Origin: Parvularia atlantis
Taxonomy: Eukaryota
DNA length: 20,000 bases
Direction: 5' to 3'
NCBI GenBank assembly: GCA_943704415.1
Contig: CALSCO010000253.1
Coordinates: 50,297 to 70,296, forward strand
A program made the translations under genes and the position numbers. Under the pieces are notes generated by a model. That model was given only the letters and a program-made list of their open reading frames with translations. It did not search any database and was not told the DNA's origin. Below, in pieces: positions 1-10,188 of this stretch. How positions within the stretch are numbered: position 1 is the stretch's first letter; every line of letters starts with the position of its first letter.

Positions 1-52
1 GGGCGCGGCGTGCGTTGTCAGTGCGGCACGCGGGAGGGGAGACGGAGCACAC

Positions 53-1482
53 CTGCGTCGGCGCGCACACGACCGCGAAGGGGAAATGGCCCGCGTACTC
101 GCGAAGCTCGTGCGCCGCGCGCAGGCCCAGGTCATACACGGGGATGCGGCGCTCCTCGAGCGTGCGCAGCACGACCTCGCGGAACTGGCGCAGCTCGCTG
201 ACGGTCATCTGCGGTTTCGCACGCGTGTCTCAGCCGGCGCGTGCGCGCGACGCACGTCGGCGCTCGCCGCACCGTGTCGGCCTTGGCGATGACGGGCACG
301 ATGATAACGTACTCGGACAGGCGCTGCATGAAGATCAGGTCGTTCTCCTTGAGGCTGTGCGAGAGTAAGTCGCGCGCGCGCGGCCGGGTGCGGACGCACC
401 GATGGGCCGAGATGAAGTAGAAGCACAGGTCGACGCACGGCTTCCGGGACATGCTCTGGCCGAGGATGTCGCGCAGGAAGCTCTCCGGCGCCTCGTTGCT
501 GAAGTTTGAGATGGTCTCTTGCAGCAGCGCCGCGAGGGCGTTCAGCACGGGCTCGATTGCGTCGTCCAGATGAGGCGTGTCGCCGTAGCCTGGCGCGCCC
601 ACAACGCTCTCAGCCGTGGGCGCGCACAGGCAGCAGGCGCTGAGCGCACCCTTCGTGTCGTGCACCTGGCAGATCAGCTTGCCGTCGGTGGTGTTGGACG
701 GGTTGAGGTCGTTCAGGGACACTGTCACCATCCAGCTCGTAAGGCCTTTTGTCGGCTGGCTGAGCACGTTGTCGGCGGTGCTCGGGCCCGCGCCGGCGCC
801 GGTGTCGGTGTTGTCGGCGCGCGCGAACGTGACTTTGGTCTGGACGCCATGCACGCCCCGTCCGACGGCCGACTTTGCAAACGACGTCTTGCCTGTCACG
901 GATCGGGCGGGTGAGGAGGCGGTGTGAGACACGCGCGGGCGCATGCCACGCACCGAGACCCGACTCGCCCGCGACCATCAGGTTGACGTGCACGTCGTTG
1001 TAGTGGCCGCGGATCGCCGTCGTGTCGTTGCCGCGCTGGTCGGCGTACGGCGGCGCGGGCATGATCAGCTGCACGGACGTGGGTGACGTCGCGGCCGATC
1101 CGGCGGACGCGGGCTGCTGCTCGCGCTGCATGGGCTGCTGCTTGGGCTGCTGCTCGTGCTGCTGCTTGGGCTGTTCGGGCTGCTGCTCGGGCTGCTGCTC
1201 GGGCTGCTGCTCGGGCTGCTGCTCGCGCTGTTCAGGCTGCTCGGTCTCGCCGAGCTCGTCGGTCTCGTCGGTCTCGCCGGTCTCGCTGGTCTCGCTGACT
1301 TCGTCGACCTCGTCGGGCTCGCGCGGCTGCTCGGGCTGCTCGAGCACCGTGGCCGACACGAGCAGAAAGTCGCCCAGGGCGGCGGCGCTCGCGTCGGTGC
1401 TGTCGGCCGGGGCCGGGGCCGAGCACGGCGGCGTGAGCGGGTCTCCGGCGACAGGCTTGGCGTCGCTGAGCGGGCCGTCCAT
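53..1482 (-). CDS. Septin GTPase; 3' end runs off the window
   Basis: Exons 1482-954, 892-650, 589-400, 354-273, 208-53, all with GT-AG junctions. Spliced product has G1 VAGESGLGKTS, G3 DTKGYGD, CFYFISAHRL, G4 VPVIAKADTMT and FPFAVV, which are septin hallmarks. Acidic/Gln-rich N-terminal extension. Confidence 0.93.
1111..1340 (-). repeat. Coding low-complexity repeats (EQQP 12-nt units; ETGE/ETDE-like units) in the septin N-terminus
   Basis: Tandem CTCGGGCTGCTG on the + strand around 1171-1225; translation EQQPEQQPEQQPEQQP. Confidence 0.85.
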
Positions 1483-1634
1483 TTGTGTGCGCGCGCGGTG
1501 TGACGGGGGCTGCCGGCACGAAACGTGGGGTTCTTGAAGCCCGCTTCGGCGGTCCGTGACACAGGCGAGGACACGTGTCGCGCCGCGACTTGGCCGCAAA
1601 AAGTTTCACGGGGCGACGTCACCGGCGGCGTGCC

Positions 1635-1685
1635 AGAGAGAGAGAGAGAGAGAGAGAGAGCCTGAGAGAGAGCTAATAATAATAA
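1635..1685. repeat. (AG)n plus (TAA)n microsatellites in the divergent septin/hydrolase intergenic region
   Basis: (AG)13 at 1635-1660, further AG units to 1672, then (TAA)4; strongly AT-rich relative to the window. Confidence 0.9.
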
Positions 1686-1722
1686 TATTAATTAGCGAAC
1701 GGGACCCGTGACGACTTCCGCC

Positions 1723-3038
1723 ATGCTGCAAAGTGCGGGTGTCAGTCCGGCGGTGGTCGTCGGCGCGGTCGTGCTTGGCCTGGCCGTGCCGCTGACGGCG
1801 TACGTGATGACGGCGTTCCCGGCGAACGGTGCGCCCCGCCGTGTGCGCGTGCGCCGTGTGCGACGATGCGAAGTGCGCAGACTACGTCGAGCAGGAGATC
1901 GTGCGCCAAAACACGCGCATCATTCGCGTGCGCGGCAAGGGACGAGGCATGCACGCGCGTCGCCAGCGTCGCCCTGACACGGCGCGCGCACAGAACCTGC
2001 GCGTTGTGGTCGTCAACGAGAGCGGCAAGGACAACGTCCCGACACTCTTCTTTGTCCACGGCTTTGGCGGCCGCGCGGACCAGTGGGCCGAGCAGATGGC
2101 GGATCTCAAGGGGTGCGCACCACGCGTACACCGGGTCCGTGCTCTGTGCGAGCCGACAGGCGTGCATGCAGGACGTTCCGCATCGTGGCCATCGAGCTGG
2201 TTGGCCACGGGTGCAGTGAGATCTCGACGCGCGACGACGACTACCGCTTCGCGGCGCTTGTGGACGACCTCGAGCTGCTCTTTGCCGACCTTGCGGGCGA
2301 GAACGACAGCAACACCGTGCGCCACGTGCCGCGTGCCTGCGGGTGGGGCCGGGCTGAGCTTGCGACGGCAGATCGTCGCGCACAGTTACGGCACGGCGCT
2401 GACCATCGCGCTGCTCGAGCGCGAGGCCGTGCGCGGCCGGGTCGGCGCGGTCGTGCTGGTCGGCGCGGCCGGCGGCAAGCCCTTCCGCACGCCCGCGCCG
2501 TGGGTGCTCGCGCTGCCAGACCTGGCGTGGGACGTCGTGCGCGCGGCCGGGCGTCTCGGCGGCGAGCGCTCGCCGTCCGTGCTGCAGTTTGTGCACGAGT
2601 CGGCGCCCGCAGCCGTCAAGCACAAACAGCTCGTGTTGGGCATGATCAACGACACGGTGCGGCGCGGCGCGGTGCGGTGTCGACCTCGAGCGCGTCGCTG
2701 ACGACGGAGCAACAGGGCGTGGTCAAGCGCATGATCAAGGGCATGTCCTGGCCGTCGCTCGAGACCGAGACGCGCGCGCTGCTCGGCGTGCGGGTCATGC
2801 TCGTGACCGGCGCCGAGGACCGCATCACAACGCCGCATAAGCTCGAGCCGCTGCAGCGCTTCCTCGGTGCGGCCGCGCGCGTGCATCTCCTCGACCGCGT
2901 CGGCCACAACGTGCGCCGCTCTCGAGCGCGCGGTGCGCCTGCTCACGGCTGTGCGCGCGCGTGCCGCAGGTCATGATCGAGGCGCCGCAGGTGCTGTCGC
3001 GCCTCATTGCACTGCACGCGACACGGCGGGACCCGTGA
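1723..3038 (+). CDS. Alpha/beta-fold hydrolase with N-terminal hydrophobic anchor (ABHD8-like)
   Basis: Exons approx. 1723-1828, 1881-1927, 1994-2112, 2172-2316, 2372-2656, 2716-2910, 2970-3038. Motifs: FFVHGFGG (oxyanion), IELVGHGCS, IVAHSYG (nucleophile), GAED (acid), VGHNVMIEAP (His). Second donor uncertain; subfamily is inference. Confidence 0.88.
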
Positions 3039-3234
3039 GACGCGGTGTCTGAGTTTTGCGCAAAGTGCACGATGGACGCTCGGTGACACGACGTCACTCT
3101 GTCGTCGCGCTGGCGGCACCGGCGCGCGCGCGGACTGCTCACTTTCCCCGGGCACCCCGCCGGCGCTGTCCCTCTGCCTCGCCACTCCCGCGACCCTTCC
3201 TTCGCCACCATCCACCCGACGAACGACGCCGACG

Positions 3235-5858
3235 ATGCCGCCGCCGCGCCGCAACCTTGCGGTGCTCGTGTTGGCGCTGCTGCTGCTGCTGCTGCCGCTG
3301 CTGCTAGGCGCGGCCGAGGCGGCGCTGCTCCGCGACAAGTACGGCGGCAAGGCGCAAGTGCTGCGGGTGTGCGGCGTGCTGCCCACTCCTGCCGTGCTGA
3401 CAGCCGCCGCCGCAGGTACGCCGGCTCGAGGAGTCGACGACCATCGCGGCCGACCGCGCGGCCAACGGCAAGGGCCTGCGCGAGGACGTCGACCGCCTCG
3501 AGAGCGCCGCGGCGGACGACGAGGGCTTCCTGGAGGGCATGTGGCGGTACACGACGTCACCCTTCCGCATGTTTAAGGTGCGCGCTCGGCCCGCCGCACG
3601 CGCCGCTCACGTCCACGCGCACAGCACCGAGAGGAGCTGGTTGAGATTGTCGACGACGACCCCTGCGCCAAGTATGAGGAGCAGGCGGGTGTGATGTCCA
3701 ACCTGCGCAACTGGGTGCGCGCCCCGCGCGGTCGCTCGTTTTGTTGCGGCTGGCTGACGGGACGGGGGCGCCGGCCAGGCGTACTGCAAGGCGCTGCGTG
3801 CCAAGAACGGCGTCGGCTCGTACGTGTCCCGCATCGCCAATGCGCTCGGCAGCGGCGTCAAGAGCGCGGCGCACGGCGCGGCCGAGACGGCCAGGGACAC
3901 GGCCGAGACGGTCAAGGACAAGGCCGGGCACGTGCTCGAGCAGACTGAGGAGCGGCTCGAGGACGTGGCGCACGGCGCGGCCGAGACGGCCAAGGGTGCG
4001 TTCGAGACGGCCAAGGACAAGCTGGTGGACGTGGCGCACGGCGCGGCCGAGAAGGCCAAGGAGGCGTACGACGCGACCAAGGAGCGAGTGCACCAGGCGG
4101 CCGAGTACGCGCGTGATCGGGCGGCCGACGCGACCGAGTACGCCAAGGACAAGGCCGAGGACGTGTACGACGCGACCAAGGAGACGGCGCAGCGTGCGAC
4201 CGAGTACGCCAAGGACAAGGCCGCCGATGCGTACGACGCGACCAAGGAGACGGCGCAACGTGCGACCGAGTACGCCAAGGACAAGGCCGCCGATGCGTAC
4301 GACGCGACCAAGGAGACGGCGCAGCGTGCGACCGACTATGTCAAGGACAAGGCCCAAGACGCGAAGGAGGCCGTGCGCGACACGGCATACGCGGCCAAGG
4401 ACAAGGCCGAGGATGCGTATGAGCGCGGCAAGGACAAGGCCCGCGNNNNNNNCCAAGACGCGAAGGAGGCCGTGCGCGACACGGCATACGCGGCCAAGGA
4501 CAAGGCCGAGGATGCGTATGAGCGCGGCAAGGACAAGGCCCGCGAGGCGACCGACTATGTCAAGGACAAGGCCCAAGACGCGAAGGAGGCCGTGCGCGAC
4601 ACGGCATACGCGGCCAAGGACAAGGCCGAGGATGCGTATGAGCGCGGCAAGGACAAGGCCCAGCGCGGCTACGAGTCTGCCAAGGATGCGGCCAAGCGGC
4701 GAGCCGGGCAAGCGCAGGAGACGCTTGCCGGTGCCCGCAACAGCATCAGCAGCATGGCGCGCGACGCCGGCCACGCTCACGTGGTCTCGGCCGGCGACTA
4801 CGTCGAGCAGGCGGCCTACTACGCCAAGCGCAAGGCCGACGAGGCGTTCGACAGCGCCTTTGAGCAGTTCCGCAGGTCCCACGTCGACCGCGCCGCGTCC
4901 ATGGACGAGCGCCCGCTCGAGCTCGAGGGCGACCAGGCGAGCGCCGTGGGCGAGCGCGTGACGGGGAGCCGGCATGCACACTTCACCGAGGCCGACACCG
5001 AGTACGGCCGCGAGCTGCCCGCGCGGCGCGGCTACGGCTCGGCGCCGCAGAAGCTGTACCACCACGTCGAGGAGGACGAATGGGTTACCGACTCGTGCAT
5101 GGTGCGTGCGGCGTTCCTCACGTGCGCCGAGGCTCACACGGCCGCGCGAAGGATGACGACACGTGCGAGCCCGTGTACGACCGCGCGAGTACGCCCAGCC
5201 GAGTGGTACGCGTGCATCATCGTCGTTGCTATGCGTGCCTGACTGTGCGCGTAGCCGGAGCCGCTGCACGTCGAGTTTGAGAAGCGGCCGGTCGCGGTCA
5301 AGGTCGTCGGCCACAAGCTGTGGGAGGGCGTCAAGTCGATCCTGCGGCTGCCGCAGCGCCTCGTGATGTTCGTCATCTACCTGCCCAAGCGCATGTTCGA
5401 CGTCGTGACGTACATCCCGCGCACGCTGATCGTGCGTCGCGAGCGCGCTGCGCTGGTCGGCTGGCCGTGCGGCGCTGACGGCGCGGTCGCCCGGCGCAGA
5501 GCAAGGCGTTTGGCGTGACCAAGGCCGTGGGCGAGCAGGCCGTGCACGTCGCCGGCGCGGCCAAGGTGCACGATCGCACGGCGAACGCGAGCTGCGGTTG
5601 CTGATGGCGCCGCGCAGGACAAAATCGAGCACGGCGTCGAGTGGACGCGCGACGAGGCGCGCTACGTCGTGGGCAAGGTCACGGACGGCGCCAAGGTGCG
5701 CGTGCCGTGCGACGGCGCGTGGGGTGACGGCTGAGACGGCGCACGCGACGGTGCAGCGGGCCGTCGGCACCGACACGGGCAAGCAGTGCGCGTGCGACGA
5801 CAAGTGCCAGGAGTGCTGCTGCTGCAAGCACCTCGAAACGGGCACGGCGTGTCTGTGA
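3235..5858 (+). CDS. Signal-peptide-bearing group 3 LEA-like repeat protein with Cys-rich C-terminus
   Basis: ATG 3235 then poly-Leu signal peptide (LLLGAAEA). Exons 3416-3577, 3625-3714, 3779-5101, 5152-5205, 5255-5431, 5500-5565, 5618-5695, 5757-5858 join in frame. Core of A/K/D/E/T/Y 11/22-mer repeats (ATEYAKDKAADAYDATKETAQR). First donor ambiguous. Confidence 0.8.
4064..4660 (+). repeat. Coding tandem repeats: 66-nt units then near-identical 120-nt units, with a 7-N assembly gap at 4446-4452
   Basis: TACGACGCGACCAAGGAG recurs at 66-nt spacing (~4163, 4229, 4295); CCAAGACGCGAAGGAGGCC... recurs at 4354, 4453 and 4573. Confidence 0.9.
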
Positions 5859-5917
5859 GCCTCCCTAGCTTGCTGTACAGTCTTCAGTTCCTGCGTTGTC
5901 CCCTCGCTCGGGACGGT

Positions 5918-7480
5918 TCAACGCATCCGCCGCTGCTGGCGCATCGGCTGCAGGCGTGGGCCCGCTCAGTGCTCACGCAGGCCGAGCGCGCGAGACACGC
6001 ACGTCCTGCTCAAGACGCGGGTCGCGGAAGCGCGAGCGCTCGTCGTCGCGGTAGCGCGGGATGTCTGGCGGCGGCGGCGGCCCGCGCGGGTCACGCGGAT
6101 CGCGCGGGTCGCGGGGATCACGTGGCGCGGGCATGGCGTAGACCATCGCGTCGCGGTCGCTCTCTGTGGACGGCAGCGCTCAGTCGCAGCACGCACGACC
6201 CTGGCCACGCACGCACCCATCATCGGCGGCGCGCCCATCGGCCCAGCGTGCCCGCCTGAACGGCAGTGAGGTCAGCGCCCAACACGGCGCAACGCCGCAC
6301 ACACCGTCGTAGTCGTAGCGCCCGTAGTAGCCCGCCGGCGGCGGCGGCATGCCCATCTGCCCCGGGCGGCCCATCGGCGGCGGCGGCGGCCCGCCCGGCA
6401 TGCCCATGGGCGGCGGCACGGGGCCCACCCCGCGCATCTGCGGCGGCGGCGGCCCGCCGGGCATCCCCATCGGCGGCGGCGGCCCCGGCTGGCCTGGGAG
6501 GCCTGACCCGCCGTGCATGAGGCTCTGTGTATGCGCGCGCGTGTGAGCACCCGCGTGTGCCCGGGCGCGCGTGCGGCGCACCGAGACCATGTCGGGCCGG
6601 ATAAGGCCAAGCAGGACGAGCGATTCGGCGATGGCGTAGGCAAACTGCGGGTTGTTGAGCATGAGTTGGCGCGCCTTCTCGGGCTCCTGCACGGCCATCA
6701 TCTGCTCGCGTGCCGATCAGCCGCCCTGTACGGGCGCCGCTCGCCGGGCGCACGCACGCGCAGCTGCTTCATCAGCTCGTGGATCTGCACGGGCGAGAGC
6801 GACTTGATGGCGGCGACGATGTCGCTCAGGATCGCCTCGGGCGGGCGCGCGACCGGCGGTGCGCCCGGTGGGCCCTGCGCGGCCGGCGGCGGCGGGAGCC
6901 CCTGCGGCGGCAGCAGCGCGCTCGGCGGCGGCGCCCCGTACGGCGGCACGCCCGGGCCGGAGCCAGCGGGTAGGCCGGGTCCCAACGGCGGCGGCGGCCC
7001 GCGCGTCTGTGGCGATAAGTCGGGATGAGCGCCCGCGGCGGGGGGGGAGGCGGTGCGAGGCCGCGGGACGCACGCCAAAGCCGCCGGGCGGCCCGCGCTC
7101 GTCGATGGCGGCGACCTGGTCGTAGTCGGTCGCGTCGAGGCGGAGCGTGCGCCCGTTGAGCTCGTAGTTGCTCAGGTTGCGCAGCGCCGACCGCGCCGTC
7201 TCCGCGTCCTGGTACTCACAGAAGCCGAAGCCGCGCGGCTTGCCGTCGCGGTCGAACATGAGCCTTGGTGCGCGCCGCAGCGGTCAGGCGGGCCAAGCGC
7301 GCGGCCGGCCGGGCGACGCACCGGAACGCCACGACCGGGCCGACCTCCTGGAAGACGTCGACCAGCGTCTCCTCGGTCGCGTCGAACGGGATGTTGCCCA
7401 CTGGCGGGCACGGCGCGGCGGCGTGAGCGCGGGCGACTCGCGCGAGAGCCGCGCCCTGTACCGAAGAGGACGCGCGACAT
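5918..7480 (-). CDS. CSTF2: Cleavage stimulation factor 64-kDa subunit (CstF-64/Rna15)
   Basis: Exons 7480-7462, 7400-7322, 7263-7074, 7006-6758, 6701-6582, 6524-6305, 6255-6217, 6163-6005, 5947-5918. [45 protein letters not shown]. Hinge: [21 protein letters not shown]. Pro/Gly region and RDPR repeats follow. Last intron less certain. Confidence 0.92.
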
Positions 7481-7533
7481 TGCTGGTGCGAAAGTACGAG
7501 GACGTACACGGTCTCTTTCAGCGTCGTGCAACC

Positions 7534-9092
7534 ATGGTACGTCACGGTCACGTGGTCCGCGCCAAACCCCTCTCGCGCTCGTCCGCGCACCGCGAACCGC
7601 GCCTCACGGCCCGCACGCCGCACGACCGCATACACGGATGGATGGATGGGTGGGCGGATGGGTAGATGGCCAGCGCGCTGAACCCGCCCGCTTGCGCGCA
7701 CAGCCGTTCCTCAAGACGGTCAAGTCGAAGGCCTACTTCAAGCGGTTCCAGACCAAGTACCGCAGGCGCCGCGGTGCGTGCCCCCTCCCACGCACTCCGC
7801 CCCCTCTGCCGCGCGCCACCCCGCTCCGAGCCTCGCACCCGCCTCTGGGCTCGCGGCGCGCCGCCTCCCGCCCCACGCCGCACCGCGCGACCTGATGATC
7901 CTATAGTTCACCTGAGCGCCGCTCTGACGACGAACTACAAACCAAAAATCAAATTCTTTCGCACCTATCTGAACCCTCTGCGCGCCGTGCTGCCCGCGCG
8001 GGCCCCCTTCGCTGGCTGTACTCTGCTTTGCCGCGTGCTCGGCGCGAGACTGACGGCCCATGCTCCCACCCTCGTCGCGTCTGTGCGCGCGCGCCGACAG
8101 AGGGCAAGACCGACTACTACGCGCGCAAGCGTCTCATCACGCAGGCCAAGAACAAGTACAACAGCCCCAAGTACCGCTTCGTCGTGCGCTTCACCAACCG
8201 CGATGTGGTGGCGCAAGTCATCTACGCCAAGATCGAGGGCGACCATGTGATGACCGCGGCGTACGGGCACGAGCTGGCCAAGTACGGCATCAAGGTGCGA
8301 GCAGGGGGGCGGCGGCGCGTGCAGAGCGGTCGCGTGCAGGGGTGGGCGGCTGAGCGTGCCGCGGCCTTGCCCGTCAGGTCGGCTGGACCAACTACGCGTC
8401 GGCGTACGCCGTCGGGCTGCTCTGCGCGCGGCGCCTGCTGAAGAAGATCGGCCTGGAAGACAAGTACAAGGGCCAGACCAAAGTTGACGGCGCCATGTAC
8501 ACGGTCGAGGAGATCGCCGACGGCCCGCGCCCGTTCACGGCCAACCTCGACGTTGGCATCAACCGGACAACGACCGGCTCGCGCATCTTTGGCGTGCTCA
8601 AGGGCGCGGTCGACGGCGGCCTCAACATCCCGCACAGTGAGCGCCGCTTCCCGGGCTACGACGCCGAGGCGAAGAAGTTTGACCCTGAAGTGCGTGTGCA
8701 CGTCGTTGTGCGTGCCCGCCCGTGGCTCAGACGTCGTTGCGCGCGGCGTGCGCCAGGTGCTGCGCAAGCGCATCTTTGCCGAGCACATCTCCGAGTACAT
8801 CAAGCTGCTGCAGGACGAGAACCCCGACCTGTACAAGAAGCAGTTCTCGCGCTTCATCAAGGAGGGCATCAAGGGCTCCGAGATCCCCGAGCTGTACAAA
8901 AAGGCGCACGCGGCCATCCGCAAGGACCCGACCGCGGCCAAGAAGGAGGCCAAGAAGGTCGAGCCCAAGCGCTACAGCCACAAGCGCCTCACCTACGAGC
9001 AGCGCAAGGCGCGCGTGGCGCAGAAGAAGAGCCTGCACAAGACGCAGCAGGCCGCTGTGGAGGCGGCGGGCGATGGCGAGGACGACGAGTGA
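7534..9092 (+). CDS. RPL5: 60S ribosomal protein L5 (uL18)
   Basis: Exons 7534-7536 (ATG only), 7704-7773, 8101-8294, 8378-8689, 8757-9092. [57 protein letters not shown]...[12 protein letters not shown]...[12 protein letters not shown]. Confidence 0.98.
7635..7671 (+). promoter_or_regulatory. GGAT-repeat element in RPL5 intron 1 (shared with RPL14 intron 1)
   Basis: CGGATGGATGGATGGG at 7635-7650 followed by GATGGCC; an identical 16-mer lies in the sense orientation of RPL14 intron 1. Function inferred. Confidence 0.55.
7889..7975 (+). ncRNA. Intronic box C/D snoRNA, snR60/SNORD80(U80)-type double guide for LSU rRNA
   Basis: AT-richer island in RPL5 intron 2. Box C TGATGA 7893-7898, D' CTGA 7912-7915, C' TGACGA 7925-7930, D CTGA 7969-7972. 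Guide ATAGTTCAC is antisense to conserved LSU GUGAACUAU; guide TCTTTCGCACCTAT is antisense (1 mismatch) to AUAGGGGCGAAAGA. Confidence 0.9.
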
Positions 9093-9319
9093 GGGCTGGA
9101 CCGGGGCTGGCCTGTGCGCGCGCGCGTTCCTGTGTGCGTGTCGGCCTTCTTGCCTGATGCCGACCTGGACTGGCGTGTGCATGGCGGGTGGGGGCGGGTG
9201 GGGTTGGATGGGCACGGCCGCAGATCCAACCACTGAGCACAAGTGCACACACCGAACGCAACAAGCGCAGACATGCCGCGGAACCGACGCATCCGCATGA
9301 CAGCACAAAGGCGAACGCC

Positions 9320-10161
9320 TCACTTGGCCTTGAGCTTGTTGGCGGCCTTCTTGAGCGTGGTGTACTCCTTGCCGACGACGCGGCGCGCCTTCTTGCGCAG
9401 CACCATCACCTTGAACCGGTCAAAGTCGGACAGGTTGGCGCGCGTCTCGCGCTTGGCCAGCTGCGACGAGGCACACGCGGCCGGTCAGCACGCACGCGGT
9501 CGCTTGGAAGACGCGCGCCACCTTCTGTGCCCACGACGACGCCTTCCACTTGGCCAGCACGTCGTCCTTGGCCAGCGCCTTCTTGATCGACGCCGCTGAG
9601 CCCGACCGCGGGATCTTGAGCTGCGTGGCGTGCGCACCGCCGTTGTGAGCGCGTGCGCGGCGCGTCGCTGCACACGCATGCCTTGAAGTCGGTCAGGTTC
9701 AGGCGCTTGAAGTTGAGCGCTTGCCGAATCACGCCCGTCGTCGGGCCCTCGACGAGCACCTGCGCCGAGCGGCCGTGTGAGCCAAGCGGCCCGCGGCACG
9801 ACATTGCGCACACACACACACCCGGTTCTGGTCGATCACGTCCAGGATGAACGCCGTCTTGCCGGCGTCGGCGCCGTAGTTGATCAGCACCAGGCGGCCG
9901 ATCTCGACGAAGCGGGCGTACACCTGTTTTCGACGCCGCCGCGCACGCGCACGTCGTGCAGGGGTCAGAAATTCGTCCAGGCGACGGCGAGCGACACTGC
10001 CCGCGCGGCGGCCATCCTATGCCGTCCCATCCCATCCATCCCATCCATCCATCCGGGAAGGGTGCGTGTGGCGCGTGCGTGCGTGTGTGCGGCTGGGCCC
10101 GGGATGGGGGAGGGGCGTCCTGCGAGGATGCCCGCTTTTGCGCGTCTCGTGTACGCACCAT
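9320..10161 (-). CDS. RPL14: 60S ribosomal protein L14 (eL14)
   Basis: Exons 10161-10159 (ATG only), 9923-9822, 9759-9682, 9620-9522, 9460-9320. [41 protein letters not shown]...LTDFKLKIPR...[12 protein letters not shown]. Confidence 0.97.
10011..10055 (-). promoter_or_regulatory. GGAT-repeat element in RPL14 intron 1
   Basis: Minus strand CGGATGGATGGATGGG (10055-10040), further GGATGG units, ending in GATGGCC. Function inferred. Confidence 0.55.
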
Positions 10162-10188
10162 CGTTGTCGATCGAAAAGAGGCCGACCA

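Noticed and set aside
1022..1537. Cys/Ser-rich plus-strand ORF resembling metallothionein or keratin-associated protein
   Set aside because: Reverse complement of the septin EQQP repeats.
3557..5845. 762-aa minus-strand ORF
   Set aside because: Antisense shadow of the GC3-rich LEA-like repeat gene; splice signals support the plus strand.
9924..10158. Long RPL14 intron 1 as a snoRNA host
   Set aside because: Has CTGA but no convincing box C or H/ACA fold; the CTGAC is better read as the branch point.
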